A stretch of DNA of 64,000 nucleotides from Candidatus Poribacteria bacterium. GTDB taxonomy: Bacteria; Poribacteria; WGA-4E; WGA-3G. The notes below the pieces were generated by a model. That model did no database searches. It was not told where the DNA came from and saw only the letters and a list, made by a program, of their open reading frames with translations. Location: assembly GCA_965261125.1 (NCBI GenBank), contig CBDHCS010000001.1:85405-149404 (forward strand), in the 5' to 3' direction. Numbering within the stretch: position 1 is the first letter of the stretch; the number at the start of each line of letters is the position of its first letter. Made by a program: the position numbers and the translations under genes. This document shows positions 38,272 through 48,269 of this stretch, one piece after another.

Positions 38272-39618
38272 ATGAAAATCCTTGTTGTTGACGATGAAAA
38301 ATTAAAACGCATGACGCTCCGGGATGATTTACGAGAATCTAATTACGATGCTATTGCAGTCGAATCGCCATTAATCGGGCTTCAACTTTTGCAACAAGAG
38401 GCGTTTGATGTGTTGGTAACCGATTTACGGATGCCACAGATGCACGGAATTGATTTCCTCAAGAGAGTTAAAAAGGAACACCCACATATCACTGTAATTG
38501 TGATGACAGCCTACGCCAGCGTTGAGACTGCTGTTGAGGCACTTAGATTCGGCGCGTACAACTATATAAAAAAACCTTTTTCAAGCGATGAGTTAATCCT
38601 CATGTTGGATAAACTCAAAGTATTGCGCGGGAAAACACCTATTAAAAACACACAACCGTCTCTCAAAACATCTGGTACAAACCAAGAACCTTCTCTTTAC
38701 CAAACACTTATCGGAAAAAGCCAAAAAATCCAAGAAATCTTCAAATTAATACCCAAGGTTGCTTCTGCTGATAGCAACGTTATGATTTACGGGGAAGAAG
38801 GCACAGGGAAATCTCTCTTAGCGAAAACAATTCATCTACAAAGTTCGCGGCAGCATCAGCCTTATGTTAGCCTCAATTGTTACGGTCTGACTGCTGATGC
38901 TATTGAATCAGAACTTTTTGGGAATCAGTCTCGGCAAGGCAAACTACAATTAGCGAACCACGGCACACTTTTTATTGCAAATGTAGACACTATTCCGATT
39001 GACGGACAAGCAAAATTCTTAGCCGTATTAGAAGATCGGAAACTTGCAGCCCTATCTGAAATTGAACACGTTGCGGTGGATTTGCGTGTCATATCAACGT
39101 CCCGTGAAAATTTGAAAGAGAAAACAAAACGTGGTGAGTTTCTTGAGGATCTCTACTATCAATTAAATGTTATTCCTTTGTTCCTACCCCCGCTACGCGA
39201 AAGAAAAGGTGACATCCCAATGCTCATCAACCATTTTTTGGAGATTTTCTCACCGCACCAAGCCATCCGAATAGAGCCTGATGCAATCAAAGTGCTTACT
39301 GAGTATCCGTGGCCAGGGAATATTAGCGAACTCGAAAACATTATTGAACGACTTGTTACTGTTAACAACGGAACTCACATTACCGCAGAAGAAATTCCAA
39401 TCGAATTAAAGCTACCGACATCTCAAAAACTTGAAAACACGCCAAATTTGACCTCTTTCCATGAAATTATCAAATCTACTGAACGAGAACTCATTGCCTG
39501 GGCAATGCGAAAGACACAGGGAAACAAAACGCGAGCGGCGAAGCTGCTCTCAATGAAACCTTCTACTTTTCGCGACGCACTTGCCAAACATATACATGAA
39601 ATTGAATGGGAAGAATAA
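38272..39618 (+). CDS. NtrC-like response regulator with degenerate AAA+ domain
   Basis: Receiver (VVDD, TDLRMP), GEEGTGK, WPGNISELEN, Fis HTH; GAFTGA loop absent. Confidence 0.9.
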   Translation: MKILVVDDEKLKRMTLRDDLRESNYDAIAVESPLIGLQLLQQEAFDVLVTDLRMPQMHGIDFLKRVKKEHPHITVIVMTAYASVETAVEALRFGAYNYIKKPFSSDELILMLDKLKVLRGKTPIKNTQPSLKTSGTNQEPSLYQTLIGKSQKIQEIFKLIPKVASADSNVMIYGEEGTGKSLLAKTIHLQSSRQHQPYVSLNCYGLTADAIESELFGNQSRQGKLQLANHGTLFIANVDTIPIDGQAKFLAVLEDRKLAALSEIEHVAVDLRVISTSRENLKEKTKRGEFLEDLYYQLNVIPLFLPPLRERKGDIPMLINHFLEIFSPHQAIRIEPDAIKVLTEYPWPGNISELENIIERLVTVNNGTHITAEEIPIELKLPTSQKLENTPNLTSFHEIIKSTERELIAWAMRKTQGNKTRAAKLLSMKPSTFRDALAKHIHEIEWEE

Positions 39619-39628
39619 GAAGTCAAAT

Positions 39629-40243
39629 ATGGTGATCACACAAAAGCGGGAATCTATCAGAAGAAAGATATTAGGGCGGCGTGAAAGTCTACCATCTGCG
39701 GAGCGTGCTACCCGTAGTAAACGGGTTGCAGAGCATGTAATAGAATGGATTCGGCAAAGTGAAAAAAATGATTCAGGATGTTCTTTTGATGCGGTGATGG
39801 TTTATTTGAGCATGAAAAGCGAGGTAGAAACAAGCGGACTAATTGAATCTCTTCTCAATCAAGGTAGGAAGATTATAGCACCAGTTGTTGAGACGAAAAG
39901 CGGTCAACTTGTCCCGAGATGTATTCAGAATCTGGAAAAAGATTTAGTTCGACACCGTTTTGGGATGTTAGAACCGAGCAATAGTTGCCCTATTTTCCCG
40001 CCTGATCAACTTAAACTCATTATCGTTCCCGGTATTGCTTTTGATTTAAATGGCTATCGCCTCGGATACGGCAAAGGGTTTTATGACCGTTTTCTGCCTA
40101 CTTGCCCAAATGCTGTTACAATCGGTATTGCTTTTCAAGTCCAACTCGTAGAAAATACATATCCGCAACCGTGGGACGTTCCGATGCAGCATATTTTCAC
40201 AGAAGAAGGTTTAATTCCAAGCAAAGGTGTCACTCGGTACTAA
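39629..40243 (+). CDS. 5-formyltetrahydrofolate cyclo-ligase
   Basis: IIVPGIAFD..RLGYGKGFYDRFL, PWDVP. Confidence 0.95.
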   Translation: MVITQKRESIRRKILGRRESLPSAERATRSKRVAEHVIEWIRQSEKNDSGCSFDAVMVYLSMKSEVETSGLIESLLNQGRKIIAPVVETKSGQLVPRCIQNLEKDLVRHRFGMLEPSNSCPIFPPDQLKLIIVPGIAFDLNGYRLGYGKGFYDRFLPTCPNAVTIGIAFQVQLVENTYPQPWDVPMQHIFTEEGLIPSKGVTRY

Positions 40244-40616
40244 TAAACGGTTTGAGTTTCTCCAACGTCTTTTCTCCCAAACCCTTCACTTTGGTCAACG
40301 CATCAACTGAAGTGAAATTGCCATGTTCTTCACGATATTGAACGATTTTTTGTGCCATTTGTGGACCTATCCCTGAAAGTGTTTCGAGTTCTTCGGCAGA
40401 AGCGGTGTTGATATTGAGAAGTGCGGGCTTATCTTGGACAGATTGTTGCGGTTGATCTTCGTTGGGAACAGCGATAAAATCCGGTTTGCCGAGAAATAAG
40501 GCAGGGTTGAACCGACGCAACCCCCAGAATCCTGCGCCGATTAAAATGACCGCCACCAGAAAGGTAACCGCACGCCAATAGTGTTTTGCAACGACACTTT
40601 CAATATTTTTTGCCAC
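40230..40616 (-). CDS. ComEA-like helix-hairpin-helix protein
   Basis: LNINTASAEELETLSGIGP..F.SV..L..VKGLG; N-terminal TM; GTG start after GGAGG. Confidence 0.9.
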   Translation of the reverse strand: MAKNIESVVAKHYWRAVTFLVAVILIGAGFWGLRRFNPALFLGKPDFIAVPNEDQPQQSVQDKPALLNINTASAEELETLSGIGPQMAQKIVQYREEHGNFTSVDALTKVKGLGEKTLEKLKPFISTE

Positions 40617-40627
40617 CGTTGTCCTCC

Positions 40628-41170
40628 TTAGGATTTCCAAATCGGTTCCGGCTTATGAGATCGGTGGTTTATCACGCGCGCTAAAACAAACAATAGGTCT
40701 GATAACCGATTTAAACTTCGCAATATCTCTGCGTTTACATCAATTTCACGTGTGAGGTGCACAACACCCCGTTCACTTCTGCGGCACACAGCGCGCGCAA
40801 CATGCAAAACAGCACCAGCTTGGCAACCACCGGGCAGAATAAAGTTGGTTAGGGGGGGGAGTTCCTCAGAAAGTGTATCAATCGCTTTCTCCATTTCTGT
40901 AGTGAAGTTACCCGATATTCGTATCTCAGTAGATTTTGCGTGAGTTGCTGGTGTGGCTAAATCTGCCCCGATTGAAAAAAGGTGGTTTTGGATACGTTCC
41001 ATCAAATCGCAGAGGTCAGCATCATCAATTAATGTCTGCGCGTAGCCGATATAGGCGTTCAGTTCGTCTATAGTGCCTATTGCTTCAATTTGCAGCGCAT
41101 CCTTCGGAATACGAGTGCCGCCAAATAATGCTGTTTCCCCAGAATCACCAAATTTTGTGTAGATTTTCAT
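40628..41170 (-). CDS. Cob(I)alamin adenosyltransferase, PduO type
   Basis: KIYTKFGDSGET, GTIDELN, FILPGG, RAVCRRSER, LNRLSDLLF. Confidence 0.95.
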   Translation of the reverse strand: MKIYTKFGDSGETALFGGTRIPKDALQIEAIGTIDELNAYIGYAQTLIDDADLCDLMERIQNHLFSIGADLATPATHAKSTEIRISGNFTTEMEKAIDTLSEELPPLTNFILPGGCQAGAVLHVARAVCRRSERGVVHLTREIDVNAEILRSLNRLSDLLFVLARVINHRSHKPEPIWKS

Positions 41171-41214
41171 GGTGATTTATTTTATACTGTGTTGCAAAAG
41201 GAGTCAATTGAATT

Positions 41215-42573
41215 ATGAACAATCAGACGACACAACTTGCAAATCAAGATTGCAAAATTGAAAACGTTAACGTTATAGACTTACGCGTACCTACATCTGA
41301 TACACTGCTTGGTTCTGATCCCTTTCACAAAAAACCGAACTATTCCGCAGTGCTAACCATTATAGAAACAGACACTGGACATCAAGGAATATCCGTTGCT
41401 TTCACTGCTGGTGCAGGAAACGACTGGATCGCTTACGGTGTTAAAGACCTTGCACAACTTGTTACAGGGATGCAGGTCAAAACCTTTGTGAACGATCCAG
41501 GTGCGTTTTTTCGGTTTCTTATTGACCACCATCAATTGCGATGGCTTGCAGATGGTGTGAATCGGATGGCAATCGGCAGTATTGTCAATGCGATGTGGGA
41601 CCTCTGGGCGAAACTTGTTGAAAAACCGCTTTGGAAACTGCTTGTGGACTTACCACCAGAGAAAATTGTGCAGTGCATCGATTGGCGGTATCTGCGAGAT
41701 GCGCTAACTCCTGATGAAGCAGAACAGATTCTTAGCACACATTGGGACAGTCGTGACACCCGTGAACAGACACTTCGTCAAAAGGGGCCGAAAGCGTATT
41801 CCACTGCTGGTTGGCTCGGTTTAACGGACGAACAAATTATTGAGACAGTGAATCAGGTAAAAGCAGCAGGACTTGATTGCTTTAAAATGAAGGTTGGTCA
41901 GGATTTGGATTTTGACAAAAAACGTCTCGCTTTCATAAGGGAGGCTATCGGTGAAGAAGCACGTTTGATGGTGGACGCAAATCAGGTGTGGGGTGTTGAC
42001 GAAGCAATCGCTCACATGGAAGCACTGACAGAATTCAGACCGACATGGATTGAGGAACCGACCGCGCGCGACGATGTTCTTGGCTTTGTGAAAATTGCAC
42101 GCGCATTAGAAAAACATGGTATTGGCATTGCAGCAGGAGAACAGGTACCGTCACCTGTCATCTTCAAGCAGTTGATAACAAGCGGTGCTATCCAATTCTG
42201 TCAGATTGATGCAACGCGTCTCGGTGGTGTTAATGATGTCCTGGCAGTTATTCTTTTGGCAGCAAAATATAGTGTGCCTGTCTGTCCACACGGCGGTGGT
42301 ATCGGTTTATGTAATATGATTCAACATTACGCTATGTGGGATCAAATCTGCGTTGCTGCAAACTCCGACACACAGGTGATAGAGTACCTCAACTTCCTGC
42401 AAGATGAAGTTTTCATTGAACCGATTAAGATTAGTGATGGTGCATACATCGCACCGACGGTGCCAGGTTGGGGACTTGAGATGTTCCCAGATTTTGTTGA
42501 GAAGCATGTTTATCCCACAGGTTCGGTCTGGCAAGGGAGAGAGGCTTCTGGTGGGATAACGTTTTTGGCATGA
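41215..42573 (+). CDS. L-fuconate dehydratase-like enolase-superfamily enzyme
   Basis: DLRVPTS..GSDP, FKMKVG, MVDANQVW, WIEEPT, PVCPHGGGIGLC. Confidence 0.85.
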   Translation: MNNQTTQLANQDCKIENVNVIDLRVPTSDTLLGSDPFHKKPNYSAVLTIIETDTGHQGISVAFTAGAGNDWIAYGVKDLAQLVTGMQVKTFVNDPGAFFRFLIDHHQLRWLADGVNRMAIGSIVNAMWDLWAKLVEKPLWKLLVDLPPEKIVQCIDWRYLRDALTPDEAEQILSTHWDSRDTREQTLRQKGPKAYSTAGWLGLTDEQIIETVNQVKAAGLDCFKMKVGQDLDFDKKRLAFIREAIGEEARLMVDANQVWGVDEAIAHMEALTEFRPTWIEEPTARDDVLGFVKIARALEKHGIGIAAGEQVPSPVIFKQLITSGAIQFCQIDATRLGGVNDVLAVILLAAKYSVPVCPHGGGIGLCNMIQHYAMWDQICVAANSDTQVIEYLNFLQDEVFIEPIKISDGAYIAPTVPGWGLEMFPDFVEKHVYPTGSVWQGREASGGITFLA

Positions 42574-42597
42574 TTGCATTAGCACGTCAAAATAGGT

Positions 42598-42894
42598 CTA
42601 ATCATCGGGCTCTTGATGCGGATTTAACTGCTTTTTAATATCTGTCAATGTGTCGTTTATGTCAGATAGAATGATCAAAACTTCACAGATGATACGAAAA
42701 GCAATTGGATATATAACAAACCAAATCACTCCGATCAAGAGTATCTCTTTCCAATCTGATAGTTCATCAGGCAATTGCAAAATTTGAACAATTTGAAAGA
42801 TACCCGCGATAAAAAAGAAATAGACACTTATCCTAAACAAAATTGGTATGATTATAGGAATGAGCATTCGCTTAAAATTAAAAAAATCTTTCAT
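42598..42894 (-). CDS. DUF4282-like membrane protein
   Basis: MKDFFNFKRMLIP...RIICEVLI...I.DTL pattern; two TM segments. Confidence 0.65.
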   Translation of the reverse strand: MKDFFNFKRMLIPIIIPILFRISVYFFFIAGIFQIVQILQLPDELSDWKEILLIGVIWFVIYPIAFRIICEVLIILSDINDTLTDIKKQLNPHQEPDD

Positions 42895-42913
42895 GTGAAT
42901 CTCCTTTTTAAGC

Positions 42914-43050
42914 TATAGTAAACTTTAGAATTAACGTGACATTTTGAGGTGTAGGAGGGAACTCCGATTCCCGACTATTAGCGAGGTTCGTCGCGATTCG
43001 GAGATCGCTCCTACAGAAAATATGTATCATTATTTTCAAAGTTCACTATA
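42914..43050. mobile_element. MITE-like element containing an intact GTAG REP doublet
   Basis: Same ends as 13707-13936; GTAGGAGGGAACTCCGATTCCCGA...TCGCGATTCGGAGATCGCTCCTAC. Confidence 0.75.
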
Positions 43051-43053
43051 ATA

Positions 43054-43809
43054 TCAAGTTTTCGCACTTTCCGCCCGTTGTTTATATTCCGCCGCACCTG
43101 ATGAAATCCATCCACCGACACCAACAAGTAAAAACTGCACACCTGCCTTGACATATTTCTCAACGGTATCATCCAGTGCCAATGTGCCTGCGGTCTTTCC
43201 AGCATCTTGAATACGTGCCAATGTCGTATCAATGGTGTTTTGCACATCGGGGTGGTTATGATTGCCGATATGTCCCATTGATGTTGCTAAATCTGAGGGG
43301 GCTACAAAAAACACATCTATATGGTCAACGGTGAGTATCTCGTCCAAGTTGTTAACGGCAACAATATCTTCAATGAGAACAACGAGCAATGTTTGTGAAT
43401 TGGCAACGTCAAAATAGTTGTCTACACCATACCCTTGGCGACTTGTGAACATACCTCGATGCCCAATAGGTGCGAACTTCCCGCCATCAACAAGGTTTTG
43501 TGCTTCTGCTTTTGTGTTGACATGTGGCACAACGATGCCCATTGCCCCGCAGTCCAAGGTGCGATAGATAAGTGCTTGATCGTTGCGATTAACACGCACC
43601 ACAGAGGTCATGCCCCACAAATCGCATGCACGTGTGAGATTACCAAGGTTTGTTGCATTTACATTGCCGTGTTCACCTTCCAACCAAACACCGTCAAATC
43701 CGTTGGGACCGAAAGCGTCTATATCATCTGCGTTTGTCAACCCTGCAATAATGTATGCAAACTCGCCAGATGCTAATTTCTGTTTAATCCGATTTGGTCT
43801 TATTTCCAT
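43054..43809 (-). CDS. HpcH/HpaI aldolase family protein
   Basis: WLEGEHG, LDCGAMGIVVPHV, VLIED, FVAPSDL. Confidence 0.9.
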   Translation of the reverse strand: MEIRPNRIKQKLASGEFAYIIAGLTNADDIDAFGPNGFDGVWLEGEHGNVNATNLGNLTRACDLWGMTSVVRVNRNDQALIYRTLDCGAMGIVVPHVNTKAEAQNLVDGGKFAPIGHRGMFTSRQGYGVDNYFDVANSQTLLVVLIEDIVAVNNLDEILTVDHIDVFFVAPSDLATSMGHIGNHNHPDVQNTIDTTLARIQDAGKTAGTLALDDTVEKYVKAGVQFLLVGVGGWISSGAAEYKQRAESAKT

Positions 43810-43824
43810 TATGCTCTCTCTTTC

Positions 43825-45156
43825 TCAGTTATTAGATTTTGCAAGGAATTCTGCTGGCAGCACTTGATGTACTGTATCAATTACCAATTGTTCAACACCG
43901 GGGGCAAATCGTGTGGGTTGACCGAAATAGATCATTGCACCACCCCCCTCGTACCCGCCTTCAGCTAACACCCGCTCCGATGGGATGTAGCCGGGAAAAG
44001 CGTTTGCGTAAGCACCAACCCATAATCTTGTATTATCAAACTCCTTTTTCAGACGCAACGAAAAGTCTACCACGACCTCACTTGCAAGGAATATCACAGC
44101 CAATTCATGACCGAAAGTCCATGCTTGTATCGGATAAGAAATTTCTGTTTTGATTGCTTGTCCATTCTCTAACATTTCAAGATGCTTTTTGGCATGATAT
44201 CCGATTGCACCACCTTGTGCTGCTCGTGCCTTCCATTCATCACGAGTTGGTAGTTTATCAAACGGTAAATTCACTCTCTCAAACACGCCTATAGGGACAT
44301 CAGAAATACTTTTTGTATCTCTTTCAAGTTGGTGTTCAACCTCTTCTGCAAGTGCTTTTCCGTGTTCTTTGGCATAAGCGAGACGCGTTTCAAAGACCTC
44401 TTGCTTTCCTTCCGGCATTGGCCGCATCCGTGACTCTGGGTTGGCATCCGCCCCACATCCAATCGTTATCAATGCAGTTACATTTGGATGTGCTTTCTGA
44501 ATCTCTTCTTGTGCGAATCCTGCCCAGTCTCCACAGATATGGTTATCTGCACCTGCTAACGTCGTGCAATGGCAGGCATAGCTTACCCAAACAGCATGCA
44601 AATTGTCTTCTGTATCAATAAACTGCATGACAGGTAGCGAGTGATCGACAGGTCCACCTTCAGTTCGTCTGTTCTTTGCGAAACTGAGTTCACCAATGTT
44701 CCAAGCTAATCTACAAGGTTTTCGCCTTGTGAGTGCTTCCAGTGCTATAGTTTCCATCCAGTTTTTCAGTTGTTGGGTATAGCGGTCAATCTTTTCCTGT
44801 TCTTCTGGTGAAATATCAGCACTGAAGATGAATGATGCAGCGTTTGTTAGGCACGGCGCACTGTGGGTATGCGTGTAACATGCAACGAAATTCTCTCGCG
44901 GAATACCAGTTTTATTTTTTACGCGTTCAGACACTTCTTCAGTCAATTCATCAGGTAATCCGCAGTTTTCTACGGTTATCAGGACCACAGGATCATCGTC
45001 ATCGTTACCGATAGCGAGTGCTTTTGCGTATATCCGCTGGATAATTCCTTCGGACTCCGTACGTCGACTGCCGTAGCCGTTGAGCCGAATTGGGTAATCG
45101 GGGGTAATGTCTATTTGTGCAACACCAACATCAATGAGATTATCTTTGTCTGCCAT
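43825..45156 (-). CDS. Neutral/alkaline ceramidase-like amidohydrolase
   Basis: GVAQIDITP..LNGYGSR, THTHSAP, YACHCT, GYIPS..GGYEG. Confidence 0.8.
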   Translation of the reverse strand: MADKDNLIDVGVAQIDITPDYPIRLNGYGSRRTESEGIIQRIYAKALAIGNDDDDPVVLITVENCGLPDELTEEVSERVKNKTGIPRENFVACYTHTHSAPCLTNAASFIFSADISPEEQEKIDRYTQQLKNWMETIALEALTRRKPCRLAWNIGELSFAKNRRTEGGPVDHSLPVMQFIDTEDNLHAVWVSYACHCTTLAGADNHICGDWAGFAQEEIQKAHPNVTALITIGCGADANPESRMRPMPEGKQEVFETRLAYAKEHGKALAEEVEHQLERDTKSISDVPIGVFERVNLPFDKLPTRDEWKARAAQGGAIGYHAKKHLEMLENGQAIKTEISYPIQAWTFGHELAVIFLASEVVVDFSLRLKKEFDNTRLWVGAYANAFPGYIPSERVLAEGGYEGGGAMIYFGQPTRFAPGVEQLVIDTVHQVLPAEFLAKSNN

Positions 45157-45224
45157 TTGGTTTCCCTTTCTAATTTCCTGCAAATGATTTACTACGGGAC
45201 ACATCCACTAAACTGATATTTTCA

Positions 45225-46142
45225 TTACTCCATTTCCATTGCATCAGCAAACACATCTTCGAGCGAATGCCGGACCTCCCGCAATTGACGGAGTTGGACA
45301 CCTGTTTGGTATGCCAATCTGAAGAAAAAACTTCCTTCTGTTGGATCTGTTGTTTTGGATGTGACGCGGACGCGTCCATCAGGCCGCAACTCAGTGTCGT
45401 AAGGATAACTTTCTAAGGCGGCAACATAAGCATCACGATCGCCTACAATTTTTAGGTCAAAAGCCTGCCCTTGATTTTTTCTCAGTTCTTCAATATTACC
45501 TTGGATAACAAGGCTGCCGTGAGAAAGTGCCATTACATGTTGACATGCGGACTCCACATCAGGCAACAGATGTGAAGATAACACCACATCAATTCCCTTA
45601 TCCGCTGAAATATCTTTAACAAGTTCAAGCATCTCCTCTCTGCCGGTTGTATCCATGCCGTTTGTTGGTTCGTCAAGCAGTAACAACTTCGGATCATGCA
45701 CCAATGCCTGTGCTAACTTCACACGTTGCCGCATCCCTGCGGAATATCCGCTAATGGGACGGTAACGCTCTTCATCAACACCCACGTAATATAGCACTTC
45801 GTGTGCACGCTGCATCGCATCACGTGACGGCATGCCACAGAGTTGCCCTGCATAAGCGACCAGTTGAACGGCATTCATCTGCGGGATTAAGCAGTCGTCT
45901 TCGGGTAAATAGCCAATCTGTTGTCGGATATCCACTTGTTCGGTTTGCACATCCAGTCCGAAAACTTTTGCTTCACCTCGGTTTGGAATTATAAAACCGA
46001 GTAGCATCTTAATCAATGTGCTTTTTCCAGCACCGTTAGGGCCAAGCAATCCGATTGCACCACTCCCTAATTCTACTGAAAGGTCGTCTAAAGCAGGATT
46101 AGTGCCAAAAAAGACTGAGACGTTTTTTATTTCAATTAGCAT
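45225..46142 (-). CDS. ABC transporter ATP-binding protein
   Basis: GPNGAGKST, YSAGMRQR, LDEPTNG, SSHLL. Confidence 0.95.
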   Translation of the reverse strand: MLIEIKNVSVFFGTNPALDDLSVELGSGAIGLLGPNGAGKSTLIKMLLGFIIPNRGEAKVFGLDVQTEQVDIRQQIGYLPEDDCLIPQMNAVQLVAYAGQLCGMPSRDAMQRAHEVLYYVGVDEERYRPISGYSAGMRQRVKLAQALVHDPKLLLLDEPTNGMDTTGREEMLELVKDISADKGIDVVLSSHLLPDVESACQHVMALSHGSLVIQGNIEELRKNQGQAFDLKIVGDRDAYVAALESYPYDTELRPDGRVRVTSKTTDPTEGSFFFRLAYQTGVQLRQLREVRHSLEDVFADAMEME

Positions 46143-46150
46143 TTTTTGTA

Positions 46151-47257
46151 TTATGAATAAATTCGGTTCACGCGTTTTGTTATACTTGTCAAAATTTCAT
46201 AAGGAATTGTATTGGCTCGGTCAGCTACTTCATAAATTGTTATTTCTTCGCTTCCCTGTTTCCCAATGAGGACAACTTCGTCACCTACTGCTACATTATC
46301 TGAAGACCCTAACTGAACCACCATCATATCCATGCAGATAAGTCCGATTATCGGGCAGCGTTTCCCACCAATTAACACCTCACCAACACCTGAAAGTGGT
46401 CGCGGATAGCCATCGCCAAAGCCAACTTGGACTCCTGCCACACGAGTTCGAGACGATGCCTGATATGTCAGCCCGTAACTTACACCTTCTCCTTGCTCAA
46501 TAGAATCTATCCATCCGACCCGTGCCTTCCATGTCAGCGCAGGTTGCAACTGGATCGGTTTTTCGTTTGCTGGATAGATTCCATATAAACTCAAGCCGGG
46601 ACGCACAGCGTCAAAATGGGATTCAGGGACTGCCAATGTTGCCGCGCTGTTTGCGGCATGTTTGATCGGCACATTCGGAACGTTTGTAAGCACGGAAGAA
46701 AATCGGTTGAGTTGGAGGTGTGTGAAACTTTTATCGGTTTCATCGGCAGTTGCAAAGTGTGTAAAAATACCCTCAACTTCAAGATATGGCAATGTTTTTA
46801 GTTTTTTCAGAAACGCTGCTGCTTCGGTATAGCGAACCCCACATCGGTTTATCCCGGTGTTAACATCAACGTGAACCTTTACTTTTTCTGTAGATGCCTG
46901 TCGTGATCGGGACTTACCATCTTCATTTAACTTTTGCGCCAGCGTGAAATTATCAACAGCGGGAGTCAAATTGTAAGAAACAATATCCTCTGCTAAATCT
47001 GGCAATGGACTAAAAAGAATAAGAACAGGTTTTTGAATGCCTGCCTCACGTAGTTCAATGCCTTCCGCAACCGTTGCCACTGCAAACATATCCGCAATTA
47101 TGTGCAACGCCTCTGCAACAGGAATAACACCGTGTCCATAAGCATCAGTTTTCACAACAGCGATTAATTGACCTCTGGTGTGTGTCTTTATCGCTGTAGC
47201 ATTGGCTTGAATAGCATTTAAATCAACTTCTACGTGTACTTGAGTGCTTGCGTCCAA
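46151..47257 (-). CDS. alr: Alanine racemase
   Basis: AVVKTDAYGHG, HAANSAA, VRPGLSLYG, GLICMDM, TIPYEILT. Confidence 0.95.
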   Translation of the reverse strand: MDASTQVHVEVDLNAIQANATAIKTHTRGQLIAVVKTDAYGHGVIPVAEALHIIADMFAVATVAEGIELREAGIQKPVLILFSPLPDLAEDIVSYNLTPAVDNFTLAQKLNEDGKSRSRQASTEKVKVHVDVNTGINRCGVRYTEAAAFLKKLKTLPYLEVEGIFTHFATADETDKSFTHLQLNRFSSVLTNVPNVPIKHAANSAATLAVPESHFDAVRPGLSLYGIYPANEKPIQLQPALTWKARVGWIDSIEQGEGVSYGLTYQASSRTRVAGVQVGFGDGYPRPLSGVGEVLIGGKRCPIIGLICMDMMVVQLGSSDNVAVGDEVVLIGKQGSEEITIYEVADRANTIPYEILTSITKRVNRIYS

Positions 47258-47284
47258 AGCAATTTCCTGTTGTATTTACATAAC

Positions 47285-47472
47285 ATAAGTTTAACTTAAG
47301 GATTAGAGGCACCCACCACGAGTCACATTTGATAAAAATCAACTCCGCACTCCAGCGGAGGAAAGCGTTAACTTTTTCTATAGACATATCGCTCCGCTGG
47401 AGTAAAAGAATAAAAAACGCTAACAACGACATAGGCGTTGATTTGGAATTCCACCCTAAACTTGATACTTAT
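47285..47472. repeat. Nested palindromic intergenic element
   Basis: Inner ACTCCAGCGGAG...CTCCGCTGGAGT; imperfect outer IR ATAAGTTTAACTTAAGG/CCTAAACTTGATACTTAT. Confidence 0.5.
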
Positions 47473-47484
47473 TTCGAACTCACG

Positions 47485-48237
47485 TTAACGTAATTCGGAT
47501 ATTGTGCCTTCAACCCCAATCAACGTCAGTTTCCGTAACAACCAAGCATCTTCCATAACATTCACGACCTCCAGCGTAAGAACAAGTTCATAGTTGCCAG
47601 GTGCAGTTATATTTCGCGAAACATCTAATTCATCTGCAATTGTTAACGGCCCATCGGGCTGCACAACGCCAATTGCGCGATTTCTAATAACTGGCATGCC
47701 GTTGATAGTTATTGTCAAAAACGCACCTGCGCGTGCTGTCTCCTGAAGTATTTCATATCGCAATCTGATGTTATCACGAAACAACTCATCTACGTTCAAT
47801 CGATATATCAGAGTCTGTTCAAAGGTGTTCCCTTGCCAATAACGATTTGGCATCGCAACAATTGCATGACCGATTTGGACCTCAATTCGAATATCAGCCC
47901 GTTCAGTTACTGTGCCATCAGAGACTTCGAGGGTAATCGTATAAGTGCCAGCGGATTCAGGGGCAACATAAACAACGCTTTCGCCACTACCGACAATCCT
48001 GCCACCGCTTGCTTGCCATTCGTAAACCAGCTCAGATGAATCTCCAGAATAGTTTACTGTTGCCTTGATGGTTGTGGTATCCCCGATATTGAGTGTATGC
48101 GACTCGGATTCTAAGTCAAGATCGAGCATCTCTTTATCTATGCTCAGCAGGTTTTCTGTATCGCAAGCCGATATTAGACCGATTGCACACAATAGACAAA
48201 GGATTTTGACATAAAATTGAATTTCTTGGATTTTCAT
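47485..48237 (-). CDS. Lipoprotein with PKD/Ig-like domain
   Basis: ISAC lipobox; LVYEWQASGG...APESAGTYTITLEVSDG. Confidence 0.7.
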   Translation of the reverse strand: MKIQEIQFYVKILCLLCAIGLISACDTENLLSIDKEMLDLDLESESHTLNIGDTTTIKATVNYSGDSSELVYEWQASGGRIVGSGESVVYVAPESAGTYTITLEVSDGTVTERADIRIEVQIGHAIVAMPNRYWQGNTFEQTLIYRLNVDELFRDNIRLRYEILQETARAGAFLTITINGMPVIRNRAIGVVQPDGPLTIADELDVSRNITAPGNYELVLTLEVVNVMEDAWLLRKLTLIGVEGTISELR

Positions 48238-48269
48238 ATTGATATTATACCATAATTTGCAGTAATTAG

